Positions 40,875-56,340 of a DNA stretch of 64,000 nt are shown one piece after another (position 1 is the stretch's first letter; each line of letters opens with the position of its first letter). Made by a program: the position numbers and the translations under genes. Below the pieces are notes generated by a model. The model made no database searches and had not been told where the DNA came from. It saw nothing but the letters and a program-made list of their open reading frames with translations. Origin of the DNA: Octopus vulgaris (lineage: Eukaryota); NCBI GenBank assembly GCA_951406725.2, contig OX597814.1:133424001-133488000 (forward strand), read 5' to 3'.

Positions 40875-40912
40875 TCTTTCTGTTGAAGAGCGTAGGCTCG
40901 AAACGTTAAAGA
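40875..40912 (+). ncRNA. Minimal hammerhead-like motif with A6U core (family E), second copy, in a repeat ~40808-41010 between (TA)n tracts
   Basis: UCUUU-[CUGUUGA]-A-GAGC GUAG GCUC-[GAAA]-CG-UU-AAAGA. Confidence 0.65.
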
Positions 40913-41007
40913 CTTGTTTTATTTATATTCCTGAGCGCCATACTAATACAATTGTTTGTTTGTATTACCTGCCTTCGTCTTTTGTTTATTTTCATAAAGC
41001 TTCTTTA

Positions 41008-41046
<39 letters not shown>

Positions 41047-41193
41047 ACTTATAAATAAGTGCAAACGAAATACTTTCTAATGCTAAATATGCCGAAAATT
41101 GGACATATTATCCATAACCATATAATTTTTCACAATACGCACGCTACTCGAAAAAAAGCCAACAGAAATTTCTAAAACATTCCATTATTACAA

Positions 41194-41246
41194 TATCGGA
41201 CCGATTTCAGGGTTAGTTCGTAAGAACCCTCCCTTCGTCAGTGATA
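41194..41246 (-). ncRNA. Type I hammerhead motif (family F)
   Basis: Minus strand: UAUCA-[CUGACGA]-AGGG AGG GUUC UUAC GAAC UAA CCCU-[GAAA]-UCGG-UC-CGAUA. Stem III is close to the palindrome ACCGGU, the triplet is GUC, and stem I has one mismatch. Confidence 0.65.
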
Positions 41247-41367
41247 AATGTGGCAAAGAAATAAATTAGATACTTACTCATACTCATGGAAGAAGCATAG
41301 ATAGATAGATAGATAGATACGATTGTATCTATGTATATACATGTATGTATGCTTGTATATATATATA

Positions 41368-41400
<33 letters not shown>

Positions 41401-41451
41401 CAGTGTGTCTGTGTATGTTTGTGTATGCATGCATGTATGTATGTATGTATG

Positions 41452-41530
<79 letters not shown>

Positions 41531-41799
41531 ACAAGTCTTTATATATATACACAGAGAGAAAAACACAGAAAGAAGGAGAGAAAAAAATCGTGCAGTAGCT
41601 AACGAATATATATATACTTATTAAGACGGTTATTCGCAATTTACAACCGAAAGGCAACAAATATGGTCGTCGCTAAATCGATGGAGGGTGCTAGTGAGCA
41701 CCAGAATTGTTAGAAATAAGTGTCAAAACAACACTTAGCCACGTGAGACCACCTTTCTATATAAATTGAGACTGAGCACACAGGATAAAACATTTAGAG

Positions 41800-42170
41800 T
41801 ATCCATGCATGACGACAACACATGTAGAACGTGTCAATACATGCATACTTGTAGATCCATTAAAACGAAAATGGACAGATGTTCGCAAAATGCAGAAATT
41901 GATCTACTGCATTAAATGCTCTAATTGCCAGGAACTATATACTGGCGAGACAGGAAATGAATTACTGGAACGCTCACGAGTCCACAGACAACAAATCCGG
42001 AACACTAATTTTCGCCAAATTCCATTGGGCGAACATATAGAAATATGTAATACGAAAATGTTTATAATTTTTCCTTTCCACAAGTGAGGTTCGAAGAAAG
42101 ATAAAAAGAAAAACGATTATTATTAAAATGCTCAAACGTGTTCTGAACGGAAATAACAACAATAATTTAA
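41800..42170 (+). mobile_element. Penelope-like element fragment: GIY-YIG endonuclease pseudogene
   Basis: LIYCIKCSNCQELYTGETGNELLERSRVHRQQI...LGEHIEIC...FIIFPFHK matches the PLE GIY-YIG pattern (IY.I.C..C...YIGET...L..R...H). Confidence 0.8.
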
Positions 42171-42968
42171 AAACCAGTTAATGTTATGGATTAAAAAATA
42201 TGTTTAACATATAAATATAAACAAATTACAGAAGAGGCTCACCAATTGAAATAAAACTATCGAAACCTACTAACAATCGAAACCTACGTGTATATCGCAA
42301 GCTAATTGGTTAAAATTAAGTGGGGATCTAGGCCAGTAATATCGGTGCGCCCGGCAAACCGTGACGTTTAAGGTACATGCAGATTGGTAAAAATCATATT
42401 CGAAAAACTCAGCTTGTTGGAGCACTCTCAGAGGCATAAAAAGGAAGACGTCAAGCTGCATTATATCATTCACCAGTAAAACTGACCGACATGAATATTG
42501 AAAATATTTTTCTTATTCTAATGTTGGATAATATTGTGAACTATATTGACATTAATGTGGAGCTGATTTGAAAGTAACCCAACACCACTTCATCAGTTTT
42601 ATTAATTAAGAATTATCTTTCTAAACTTATCTGAAGTTCTTGAATTATTCTTTTCCCTTTTCTAAAATTACGTATACAAAATGTTCGATAATGGCCTTAT
42701 ATATTTATATTTCAAGTTAAATATATAAGTATGCCAGCTTACACCTAAGTGATTGAGATATACTAACACACTTAATTTTAATTGTTATCTAAATGTATAA
42801 CATATTATTTACACAATAAAAATGTCATGATAGGATGTCATTGTTAGCAGGGTATTTATTAAACCAATTACTCTTCAAAATTATACATTACAAATATTTC
42901 GTTGTGGACTTACATACATATAATTATCAAACATTCTTTTGAATACGTTATGTACGTTAATTACATTA

Positions 42969-43128
42969 GGCGCAGGAGTGACTGTATGGAAAGTAGCTTG
43001 CTTATCAACCACATGGTTCCGGGTTCAGTTCCACTGCGTGACACCTTGGGCAAATGTCTTCTACTATAGCCTCGTGTCGACCAAAGACTTGTGAGTGGAT
43101 TTGATACACGGAAACTGAAAGAAGCCCG

Positions 43129-43185
<57 letters not shown>

Positions 43186-43416
43186 TACGTGTGTATATAT
43201 TTGAGTGTCTGTGCTTGTCCCTCCAACATCGCTTGAAAACCGATGCTGGTGTGTTTTCGTCCCCGTAACTTAGCGATTCGGCAAAAGACACCGATAGAAT
43301 AAGTACTAGGCTTATAAAGAATAAGTCCTGGGGTCGATTGGCTCGACTAAATGCGGTGATCCAGAATGGCAGCAATGAAATGACTAAAAACAAGTAAAAA
43401 AATAAAAGAATAAAAG
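42969..43416 (+). mobile_element. tRNA-derived SINE (third family) with internal (TA)n and LINE-derived 3' tail
   Basis: Head GGCGCAGGAGTG...GGGTTCAGTTCC, an internal microsatellite, and the tail GCGGTGATCCAGAATGGCAGCAATGAAATGACTAAAAACAAG(TAAAAGAA)n. Confidence 0.85.
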
Positions 43417-43418
43417 AA

Positions 43419-44460
<1,042 letters not shown>

Positions 44461-45099
44461 ATATTATTCTTTTGAATTTTCACATTATTTTCTATGACAT
44501 ATTTCAAATATGATTTAATAGTAATAATCTCCATAACCGGACTACATCTAATTCGAATTACGTTCATATATACAGACTTTGGATTGCATTCAAAACAAAT
44601 CCATCAATTTGATAGGTATAGATTTAATCAGTAACAGTTTGCAACCAGAAGCTAATAACACAGCTTTGTTTCCCTATGTTTGTTTGTAGCCATCACATGC
44701 TACATGTAATAATTTCTTCAGTAATCGATATTCAGAGCCACAGTACTTTCGAAATTTAACAAGGTGAAATACACGCCAAATAAATCGATCTGGGTGACCA
44801 AAAATGTTCTGAAATCATCATGCATTATTGATTCTTCAACTTTTGGCTAAATAATGAAAACAGACAGAATTTCTGCTATGTTTTGCAACGGTAATCGCTG
44901 TCGTTAAAAACTTAATGTACGTAACTTCATTTAATCAATAATAAACTTTCTGCCAGCCCCAAGATATTATCACGTTCTTTCTTTAAGAATGTGGTCAATT
45001 ATTATTTATTTATTTATTTATTTGTGCGCTCGCAAATAGCGACGATTGTATATTTCTAATTGGGATTAAGCACAACATAAATGACTGCTTGTTGTTAGA

Positions 45100-45335
45100 C
45101 ATATGTTTGCCTGAGAGACCTGCATGGTGTGGATGTATGTGTCTTCAAAACAAAACAGGGGCTATTCCTGTCAAGGGTTCCAGATGAGCCTATCACACGG
45201 CAGGAAACCCAGGTGAAGATAGCAACATCAAACCTCCTCATTCACCAAATGCCACATATCGGAGAAGGTTTTAAATAATGGTCAAATGTCGTACCGCAGC
45301 ATAACCGTAGCTTTGAAACTGAAACAATTTAAAGA
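45100..45335 (+). mobile_element. 3' fragment of a CR1-group LINE
   Basis: Similar to 61600-61840 (RDLHGVD...LFLSRVPDEP.TRQ) and ends in the ...CAGCATAACCGTAGC...CTGAAAC tail. Confidence 0.75.
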
Positions 45336-45578
45336 TTTATATGTGTGTGTGTGTCTGTGTCTGTGTATATGTGCGTGTGTGTGTGTGAGCGTGCGTGCGT
45401 GCCTGTGTATGTGTATGTATTGTATACTGTTCCATTAAGATAAGATCAAGGAAATAAGTTCTTCACCCAATTAGAGATAAATATGATTTCATGTATACAG
45501 TATAAAGGTACGAGTTACGAATAGTTTCTTGCTGGGAAAACTTGTGTCTTCGCATGTTTTTAAAAACACGCCTTGTGT

Positions 45579-45647
<69 letters not shown>

Positions 45648-45659
45648 TATATAATATAT

Positions 45660-48600
45660 AGAATACTTAGAAAGGTTTTGGCCAGTATTGGCCCAGGCCA
45701 TGTCTAACTTAATAGCACCACCTGGTGAAGTCTTTCAGTTCAGGATTTGGGCACCAAGGCCCATTCGAGCAGAGAGTTATTGTTTGCGGAGACATATCCG
45801 GGTGTGGGTGGTTTGTCCGGTACTGTTTGAAGGAATTTGTCCAAAGACTTCTTGAATTTTGTGTGGTCAGTTTCTTTTTTGACGTGCCCTGGTGTAATGT
45901 TGAAGAGAGCAGGTCCAATTGAGGTGAAATAGTTGTGCCGTATTGTCGTTATGTGATGCGATTTAGATTTTTGTTGTGGACGGATGGCACGTGGTCCAAG
46001 CCTTGGATGCATTTTGAAGGTGATGCCAACATCATTCGGACAGTGCTGGTGGAATATTTTCCACATCATACAGATAATGTAGCGTTCACGGCGTCGTTGG
46101 AGTGAATACAATTTCAGCTTCTCTAGTCTACCCCAGTAGTCAAGGTCTGACATGCCATCTATCTTTTTTGTGATTGACCTTTGGGGAGCTTCAATTCTCA
46201 TAATATTTTGTTTTGTGTAGGGAGACCACAGTGGACAGCAGTATTCAAGGTGGGGTCGGGCAAAAGTGGAGAAGAGAAGGATAATAGCGTGGGAATCTCT
46301 CGACTGGAAGGTTCTGAGAATCCAGGAACACATTCTGCGGGCCATGTCAACTTTGCTGCTTATATGTGTAGCCCAGCTTATGTTGTTGTCCACTGTTACT
46401 CCCAGGTCTCTGATGTTGTTGGATGCCATGAGAATTTCTCCAGAAGGAAGAGAGTATGGGAGTTTCAGAGCGTCCTCCCTTCCAAAGTGGATCAGTTCAA
46501 ATTTGTCTTCATTTAGCAACATGTTATTCTTTTCCGCCCATTGGACAACAGCCAGTAGGTCTGACTGAAGGTTTATTCGGTCATCCACGCCATTGATGAC
46601 CTTCTGGAGCTTGGAGTCATCAGCGAAGGTTCTGATGTTACTGTGTTTGATGGTATCAGTAATATCATTTATGTAGATGATGAAGAGAAGTGGGCCCAAC
46701 ACAGTGCCTTGTGGGACACCACTGCTGACTTTGGCTGGGCTGGATTTGACTCCTTCGACTACAACATGTTGGGTTCTGTTAGACAGGAAGCACTTGATCC
46801 ACTGCAGCAACTTTCCAGTGACACCAATATTGGACAGCTTTCTCAGAAGGATCTTATGATCAACCCTGTCAAAGGCCTTGCTGAAATCAAGGTAGATGAC
46901 ATCAGTGTTGGAACCTTCTCCCAAGGCTCTCAAAATGTCATCAAAATGATGCAGTAGCTGCGTCAGGCAATCTCTCCCATTACGGAATCCATGCTGGTTG
47001 GGGTTCAGCATATTATGCCTCTCAAGGAAGTGAGTCATACGCGATCTCAGCACCCTCTCAAATACCTTGATGATATGAGAGGTGAGTGAGATTGGACGGT
47101 AATTCACGGCAAGCGATTTGTTTCCTTTTTTGAAAACTGGGACAACAGACTGGGATAGAAGGTCCTCTGGTATATATCCAGCATCCAGTGAGTTCCGCCA
47201 CAGATTGGCTAGAGGGGGTGCAAGTTGGTTTTGACACATCTTCAAGACACAAGCAGGGAACCTATCGGGACCTACTGCTGAATTATGCTTCATTTCCTTT
47301 ATTGCTGCTAAGACATCAGGAGCGCCAAATGTTATGTCCGATAAAGTGTATTGGGGAGTAACATCACTGATACAGCCCAGATCAGTCATATCAGGATTGC
47401 TGAAAACAGAGCAATATTGTTTCTGCAATATCTCTCCCATGGTTTTGGCATTGTCTTGAAGAGTACCATTTTCATCAATCAGAGGGCCAACAGTAGAACC
47501 AGTGACTCTGTGTTTTTTTGCAAATGAAAAGAACACTTTGGGATTGAGTTTGATCTTCTCAATGGCCCAGGCCTCTTCAGCTCTTCGCTGACTATTGATG
47601 ATAGACATCATGTTGTTTTGGAGTTTATGTTTTTTAATCTCTAGCGACGAGATGGCAGTCAGGTTGGTGTGTTGCTGTTGACAGTATTTCAGCATGTTGA
47701 TCTTTTTGTTGATTCTTTTAATTTTCCTTATGAGAGATTTTCTATTTCTAGGGATTCGACACTTAGATTTGTTTGCAGATCTTAATGGGGTGTGTCTTGC
47801 ACATATGTTCGTGATGATGTCTACAAGTGACTGCCAGGATTTTTAATGTTAGTGGGTGTGTATGTGTGCGTGAAGGACCAATCGACTTGTGCAAGATCAT
47901 TATTGATCGCTTCCCAGTTTGCATTGTGGAAATCCATAGTGTCAAATGGATGAACAGGAGGGATGACATTTGTTTTGCATTTTGGCCAGTGAAATCTCAG
48001 ATCACAGAGAACCATGTCATGGTCGGAGAGTAGGGTTTTCTCCACTGCAATATTGTGGATAGTATCAGTGTGATTGCTGAAAATTAAGTCTAAGACGTTT
48101 TTGTGACATCTCGTTGGTTCGAGTACCAGTTGGGACAAGAAGAAGTCATCCATGAAGTCAAGAAGCGATTCCACTGCCTCCCTGTCAGGGGTTGAGAGAG
48201 AAGAACCTGGCGGCAGACTGTTTGTAGACCAGTCAACCCCGGGAAGGTTGAAGTCTCCCATCATTAAAATGTTGTCAGGTTGACACTGCTGAATGAAACA
48301 CTTTATGCTGTTGAGGCATTCCTTGAAGCATGGTAGGGGCGTTTGGGGTGGTCTGTAGAGCCCAACTACTGTTAAGTTGTTGGTTTGACTGAATACAGCG
48401 ACTGCTTCGCAGTATCCATTCGAAAATATGTTCATGGCTTCTGTTGAGAATGAATCATGGACATAAATGGCAGTCCCACCCTTTCTTCTGCCAGCACGAT
48501 CAGCACGAATGGTTTTGAAATTTTTAACTTTCACCTCGGCTTCCAAGTGGAGGTCACTAAGATGGGTTTCAGTGAGGACGAAGAAAGGGATGTGGTTTGG

Positions 48601-49008
48601 ATGGGCCTCGACCCAGTCCTCCAGGAATCTTATCTTCCATTTTTGTGTATTGGTGGAAGGGCTGATGCCTTGGGCATTAAGCAGAAATGTTGAGGCGAGA
48701 GTGGATGGTTTTAATTGTTTTGGTGATTTGTTTATTTGATTGATTTTTAATGGCATGTGCAGTGGGGTATTTGTGGTGGATGGTGGTGGGTGATAGCTCG
48801 GATGTTTTTTTCCAGTTCTTTTGCTAGATTCATCATAGCTAAAAAAGAGGAAGAAGAGGTGGTTTCCTGTCTAGGGAACCGCAGGTGACTGTGGCCGCGG
48901 CTATTTTTATGTGAGTGGTTATCTTTAAATGTCCGACGAGTCCCCGGGAGATGGGTAAAGGGGCAATCCCTGTGCAGACACAATCTGTCTCGCTGGGAAT
49001 AGCGTCAG
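45660..49008 (-). mobile_element. Young CR1-group LINE, 5'-truncated within ORF1, flanked by (TA)n on both sides
   Basis: ORF1 C-terminus carries a CCCH-type finger remnant (...[12 protein letters not shown]). ORF2 has EN and RT domains, and a short 3' UTR runs into (TA)n. Confidence 0.93.
45740..48756 (-). CDS. LINE ORF2 (APE endonuclease + reverse transcriptase), ~1000 aa, with a single frameshift at 47840-47844
   Basis: EN motifs LLNAQG, LTETHL, GGTAIYV, LYRPP, MGDFN, LDLIF and SDH. RT motifs GPDRFP, YRPISLTS, QHGFR, YLDFSKAFD, GVPQGTVLGP and FADD. Confidence 0.9.
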
Positions 49009-49054
49009 ATATATACATATATATATATACGTATATATACACATATATATATAC

Positions 49055-49101
<47 letters not shown>

Positions 49102-49244
49102 TATACACATATATAAATACATATATATAAATATATATATACATACATATATATACATATAAATACACACATATATATTTACATATATATATATACATAT
49201 ATATATACACACATATATATATATATACACATATATATACATAC

Positions 49245-49295
<51 letters not shown>

Positions 49296-49505
49296 CACAC
49301 ATATATATACATACACATATATATACACACATATATATATATATGCTCTTAGGAGCCACATATATATATATACATACATATATATATATATACACATATG
49401 TATATATATATACACATATATATATATATATATAAATACATATATATATACATATATATATACATACACATATATATATACATACACATATATATATACA
49501 TACAC

Positions 49506-49564
<59 letters not shown>

Positions 49565-49743
49565 CATATACATACATATACATATACATACATATACATA
49601 TGTATACATATACATATACATACATATACATACATATACATATACATATATACATACATATACATACATATACATATATACATACATATACATACATATA
49701 CATATACATATATATGTATATATATATATATATATGTATACAC

Positions 49744-49786
<43 letters not shown>

Positions 49787-49832
49787 TATATATACATGTG
49801 TGTGTGTGTATGTGTATGTGTGTGCATATATA
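49009..49832. repeat. ~820-bp compound (TA)/(CA)/(TACA) microsatellite
   Basis: Direct inspection. Confidence 0.95.
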
Positions 49833-49843
49833 TTGTTTAATGG

Positions 49844-50072
49844 GGCGGCGAGCTGGCGGAATCGCTAGCACACCGGGAGAAATACGTTACTGTATTTTGT
49901 CTGTCTACGTTCTGAGATCAAATTCCGCCGAGGTCGACTTTGCTTTTCATTCTTTCGGGATCGATTAAATAAGTACCAGTTACGCAATGGGGTCGATTTA
50001 ATCGACTTAATCCCTTTGTCTGTCCTTGTTTGTCCCCTCTATGTTTAGCCCCCCTGTGGGCATGAAGAAATT
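49844..50072 (+). mobile_element. tRNA-derived SINE (tail A family)
   Basis: GGCGGCGAGCTGG head, family core and tail. Possible TSD TATTRTTTAAT. Confidence 0.88.
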
Positions 50073-50359
50073 ATTATTTAATAAACACTATAAATTTGTG
50101 AGCTACTAAGTTTAATCTGATGAAAACATCTCTGGCAGCAGTTTTTAACACGTCTGGTGCCTTCACGCAATCCTTCGGCTATGCCCACATGACATAGCAA
50201 GCTAAAACAGGATGATAGAATAAAACGATAAATTAAAGAATAAAACAATAAAATGGGAGAATGGAATACAGAAGGTGAAAGGTTGCAAAACCAAAAACAA
50301 AAAAGAACACAGATAAAAAAGAGGCGGGTTAAAATAGTGTTACGTCCGCTTTGACGGTA

Positions 50360-51330
50360 AAGTCTTATGGCTGAATGGTTAGTGACACAGAGTGTGCAGT
50401 ACAGCTGCTCAATTCAGAGAGGAACTTATCTATATGTTTATAACCGTTGACAATTACAGATGTGGAATTCAGCAGTACGGTGGAGTTCTTAGATCTGACA
50501 AATATCTGTTGTCTTTCAACTACGCATAGCTTACATACTGTTGGTCCGTTGACATATGGTGTGAACTTTTCAACTATGTTGCACTTCATTGTACGTGATA
50601 GTGCGTTAGACTTCAAACCCCATACATCGCTAGCCAACTTAGTGGCTTTACTTTTGGCGTTGTGTCATAAAGAAGATAAGTGGTTAGCATAGCGATTTTC
50701 GAAATCGCTTTCGCATAGCTGGATGTAGCTCTTTTCGGATATGTTATTATCTGACATTACTGTAAATTCTGCTACATATATTATTGATTTAATCATGTAT
50801 TCCTGGTCGAGTGTACAGGTTCCTGAGTTCCGAGAGCGATGACTGGGAGTAGGCTCTTGGTGGTGTTTGCGTGTAATGAGGCTTTCTATGTTGGAGCAGG
50901 AGCCATACGATAATTTAACTGAGCGCTTGTTAAATATTTTCTGCACTTATGATTTTCTAGAAAATATTTGTGTAAGGGAGTCGGGAATCTTTTAGCTATT
51001 TGGTTTAACATTAAGGGAATTTTTCACTTAGGTCTATTTTTATTATTCGTATAATTATTATTATGTGTGTTATATATGAATTCATCATTAAGGAAACTAT
51101 TGACTAGAACGTTGTTGTAGTAGGGGGCTGCCTTCTCGAAAATTTCATTAGAGGAAGAGAGGTTAGATAGTCTGTTACTAATGCTGGCTATCAAGTTTTT
51201 AAATACTATGGGGCTGGTAACAGGATTGTTTGTGGATATAAGAAAGCTTCTAGTTTGGCTTTGGAGACACATGGTGTGAATATCGGATCGAAAGAGTGCT
51301 AAAGTCGGAGTGCTATGCTGTCATCTGAGG
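50360..51330 (-). mobile_element. Degenerate Penelope-like element (RT thumb/linker + GIY-YIG)
   Basis: SISNRLSNLSSSNEIFEKAAPYYNNVL; KIFNKRSVKLSYGSCSNIESLI; SIIYVA...SYIQLCESDFENRYANHLSS; VWGLK...CKLCVVERQQI. Confidence 0.85.
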
Positions 51331-51813
51331 TCTGTATAGTTTGTTTCTATTTAGTATTTTGTCACCTCTTTATGTATAGATAAAAACGTTTTCTTTTCTC
51401 GCGTTGCTTTATTACATATACTAGGCTTCCAATTTTCTTTCCAAATACTTTTCTACTTCCAAAGCTGTTATTTTATAATAGAGCTCTATCTGTATCAGGC
51501 CATTCTGAGCGGAGTAGAAATATTCTGCCTGCGTCTGCCTTTGGGTGGTGACTTCTGCACGCTGTTAATAGTTTTCTGGTTTTTAAAGTTCCTCAATTCA
51601 CTGATTTTCCAGTTTACGTTGAAGCTCTAATTCATAACTAGTATGGCTAGCGTGTTTATTATTATGTTTAGCATTAAGTTCAGTGTTTGATATTAGTCTA
51701 ACTCTTCTGTAATACTCTCTCCTAATTTTCTGTGGGTTATATTTTAGCTGTTATATTTTATGGGCGATTATGTCCTAATTCTCTGATTTCTGTGTCTATG
51801 TCGTGAGGCCATA

Positions 51814-51834
51814 ACTACTACTACTATTATTATT

Positions 51835-51882
<48 letters not shown>

Positions 51883-51922
51883 GCTGTTGTTGCTGGTGTT
51901 GTTGCTGCTGCTGCTGCTGTTA
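51814..51922. repeat. Compound trinucleotide microsatellite (ACT)n(ATT)n(GTT)n(GCT)n
   Basis: Direct inspection. Confidence 0.95.
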
Positions 51923-52269
51923 TAATTTAACACAGTTTGATTTGGCCCCATGGAACTTGAAACCTTGCAGGCTCATTAGAGGATCCTAGCACGTCACTCT
52001 CTCACTTTCTCTCCCACACTCTCTTTCTCTCTCACTCCCTCTCTATCCTTCTCTTTCTCTTCTATCTCTTTCTCTCTCATTCACTCTCCCTTTCTCTGTG
52101 TATATATATATGTATATATATACGTATGAAAGTATGTATGTATGTTTGTATGTATGTAAGTATGTATGTATGTATGTATGCACATATGTATGTATGTGTA
52201 TATATATAAATACTCTGAGTAACAGTTTTTGTGATATTTTTGCTCATTTTTGATAAAGTATATATGTAT

Positions 52270-52300
<31 letters not shown>

Positions 52301-52317
52301 TTCTATTATTTTTATTA

Positions 52318-53710
<1,393 letters not shown>

Positions 53711-53724
53711 AATACATTATATAT

Positions 53725-53774
<50 letters not shown>

Positions 53775-54667
53775 GATCATGATCATCATGGCTATAACGA
53801 AAGATATTTAACCGAGTAAGGGTCGGGAATTAACCGATCTGAAGTGGAGTTGAAGAGGTTAGAATAATTACGCAAAAAAGATGTAAAATAAAACTAGAGG
53901 AATATTTAAACAAAAGAGGCTGTCAGGTAAGATTATATAATATGAAGCATGTTATATTCAATTAATTTTAATGAGTTATTTCTCCAGAAAATGTAGAATT
54001 TGTAAAGTGACCATGAATATATTAAAGGCTGGGCCTTATAAATGATTAATTTGTAATGATGATTAAAAAGGAAAAGTATTTCAAATTAATTAGCGCGTTT
54101 CTGGACGGAATAAGTAAGTAGTGTGTTGAAAACTAAGGTGATACAGAACGTCCGTATGTAAAGAAGACGTAGCATGTGGTATGAAAAGTTACGTGTGGTG
54201 GTGTAATGTGATTTTATAGCATTTTCGTTAAAATAGATTCAGAGTATCTCTGCATAGAAATGTTTTTAGAGAAGGAATCGTTTAAATTATGTTTCCTTTT
54301 TGCGACCTAGCTTTTAGTTTATGACTTACGCAATTTCAAAAGTACATTCTTTACATAAATTCATATTTTTTCCTTTATACCTAGGTCCAGTACAGACGAG
54401 TTCACTTCCTTATGAAATCAACTAAATTCACATATTCAAATATTTTAGCAGAGAAATGCACGACTTTCCCTTCTTTTTCAGTACAAGTTTGGAATTACTT
54501 TCGTAATTCATTGCTCTTTCTGTAGTCTGATTTCTTTAAGGTGTAGTTTGCAATCGAACACAACTTAAATTCCTTCCTACGACAATGGCTGTATACAATC
54601 ATTAACCTTCAGATGTTCGTTTGGGATCTCTGGTGCATTATTCATACCAGTCCATGAACTTCGCTTC

Positions 54668-54868
54668 ATTCTTTTCTACTTTAGGCACAAGGCCCGAAAT
54701 TTATGAGGAGGGGGGGGCAGTCGTTTAGATCGACCCTAGTACGCAACTGACCCCGAAAGGATGAAAGGACAAAGTCGACCCCGGCAAAATTTGAACTCAG
54801 AACGTAAAGACAGACGAAATAATGCTAAGCATTTCGCCCGACGCGCTAGTTTCTGCCAGCTCGCCGCC
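54668..54868 (-). mobile_element. tRNA-derived SINE (tail B variant)
   Basis: Family head and core, with a tail shared with 16014-16075. Probable TSD GAACTTCRCTT. Confidence 0.85.
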
Positions 54869-55478
54869 TGGAACTTCACTTTATCATTACACATTTACCA
54901 TCTTCTATTCAAACTCTATTAATCTATATATATAAAACTGAGAATGTGTGTCTGTCTGTCTGTCTGTGTGAATCCCTAAAACTTGAGAACTACACAACCA
55001 ATTTCATTCAAATTTTACACATGCCTTACTTAGGGTCCATGTAGTGTCATGGGCAAATATATGTTTAACTTCTCGCCCAGGGCAGGCCCACAGCAATATC
55101 ATATCTTCTCCACTATTTCAGTATTACTTATTAAAAGTGAAACAAAAACATCTCTCTATTGTAATGTCATATACTTTCACTTTAATACTGAAACTAATAA
55201 AGTCAAACTATTATATAAGAGGGATGAACCATTAATAGTGGACCTCCATTTTGCTAGAAGAAGATCCGCTATAGTCGTGTATGCTACACCACTGGTTTTC
55301 AATTCATATTAATCAAATTAATATTCAATTTCTCACCCTTATTATTTTAAATTTAAATTTAAACACCAAGTTTGTTACCACACAGCCACGCCTGCACCTA
55401 TATATGTGTGTGTGTGTGTGTGTGTATAGCTGTATATGTATACATTTATTTCTATACATATAGATGTATATGTATACA

Positions 55479-55533
<55 letters not shown>

Positions 55534-55611
55534 GTAATATGTACACATATATATTCACATATATACATGCATACATATATATACCCACACACACCAACAC
55601 ACACACACATG

Positions 55612-56033
55612 TGCAGGTGTGGGTGTGTGGTAACAAACTTCGTTCCAAAACACATGGTCCTCAGTTCAGTCCCACTGTGTGGTGACTTGTCATGTGTCTT
55701 CTGCTATAGCCTCAGACCAACCAAAGCCTTGTCAGTGGATTTTCTAGACAGAAACTGAAAGAAATCAATCGCATATATATGTATGTATATATGTAAGTCT
55801 GTGTGTGTGTCTTTGTGTTCCTCCCTCATCACTGCCTCACAACTGCTGTTCGTTTATTTACATCCCCATAACTTACTGGTTTCACAAGAAGAAACTGATA
55901 GAATAAGTACCAGGCTTATCAAAATAAAAAAAACCCACTAGGCAGTATCTCATATTTTTGTTTGCCCACACAATTTATCTTTGTGTGTGTGCGTGTGTGT
56001 ACATACATACATACATACATACATACATACATA

Positions 56034-56081
<48 letters not shown>

Positions 56082-56340
56082 TAGATAGATAGATTCGTAG
56101 ACAGAAACTTGAAGAAATCAATCGTATATATATGTATGTATATATTTAAGTCTATGTGTGTGACTTTGTTTCTGTATTTCACCCTCATCAATGCTTCACA
56201 ACTGCTGTTCGTTTATTTACATCCCCATAACTTACTGGTTTCACAAGAAGAAACTAATAGAATAAGTACCAGGCTTATCAACATAAAAAATGCACTACGT
56301 TGTGTCTCATATTTTTGTTTGCCCACTCAGTTGTATCTAT
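55612..56340 (+). mobile_element. Diverged third-family SINE with tandem duplication of its 3' half
   Basis: Head and body match 42969-43416. Bases ~55745-55980 are repeated at ~56098-56340. Confidence 0.75.

Noticed and set aside
46181-48739. Plus-strand ORFs overlapping the LINE, and similar antisense ORFs over the RTE and the 58-61 kb LINE
   Set aside because: Antisense shadows of the retrotransposon coding frames.
50112-50152. CTGATGA-AAAC...GTTTT-TAACACGTC near the Penelope remnant
   Set aside because: GAAA is missing, stem I arms do not pair, and it lies opposite to the PLE coding strand; at best a decayed motif.
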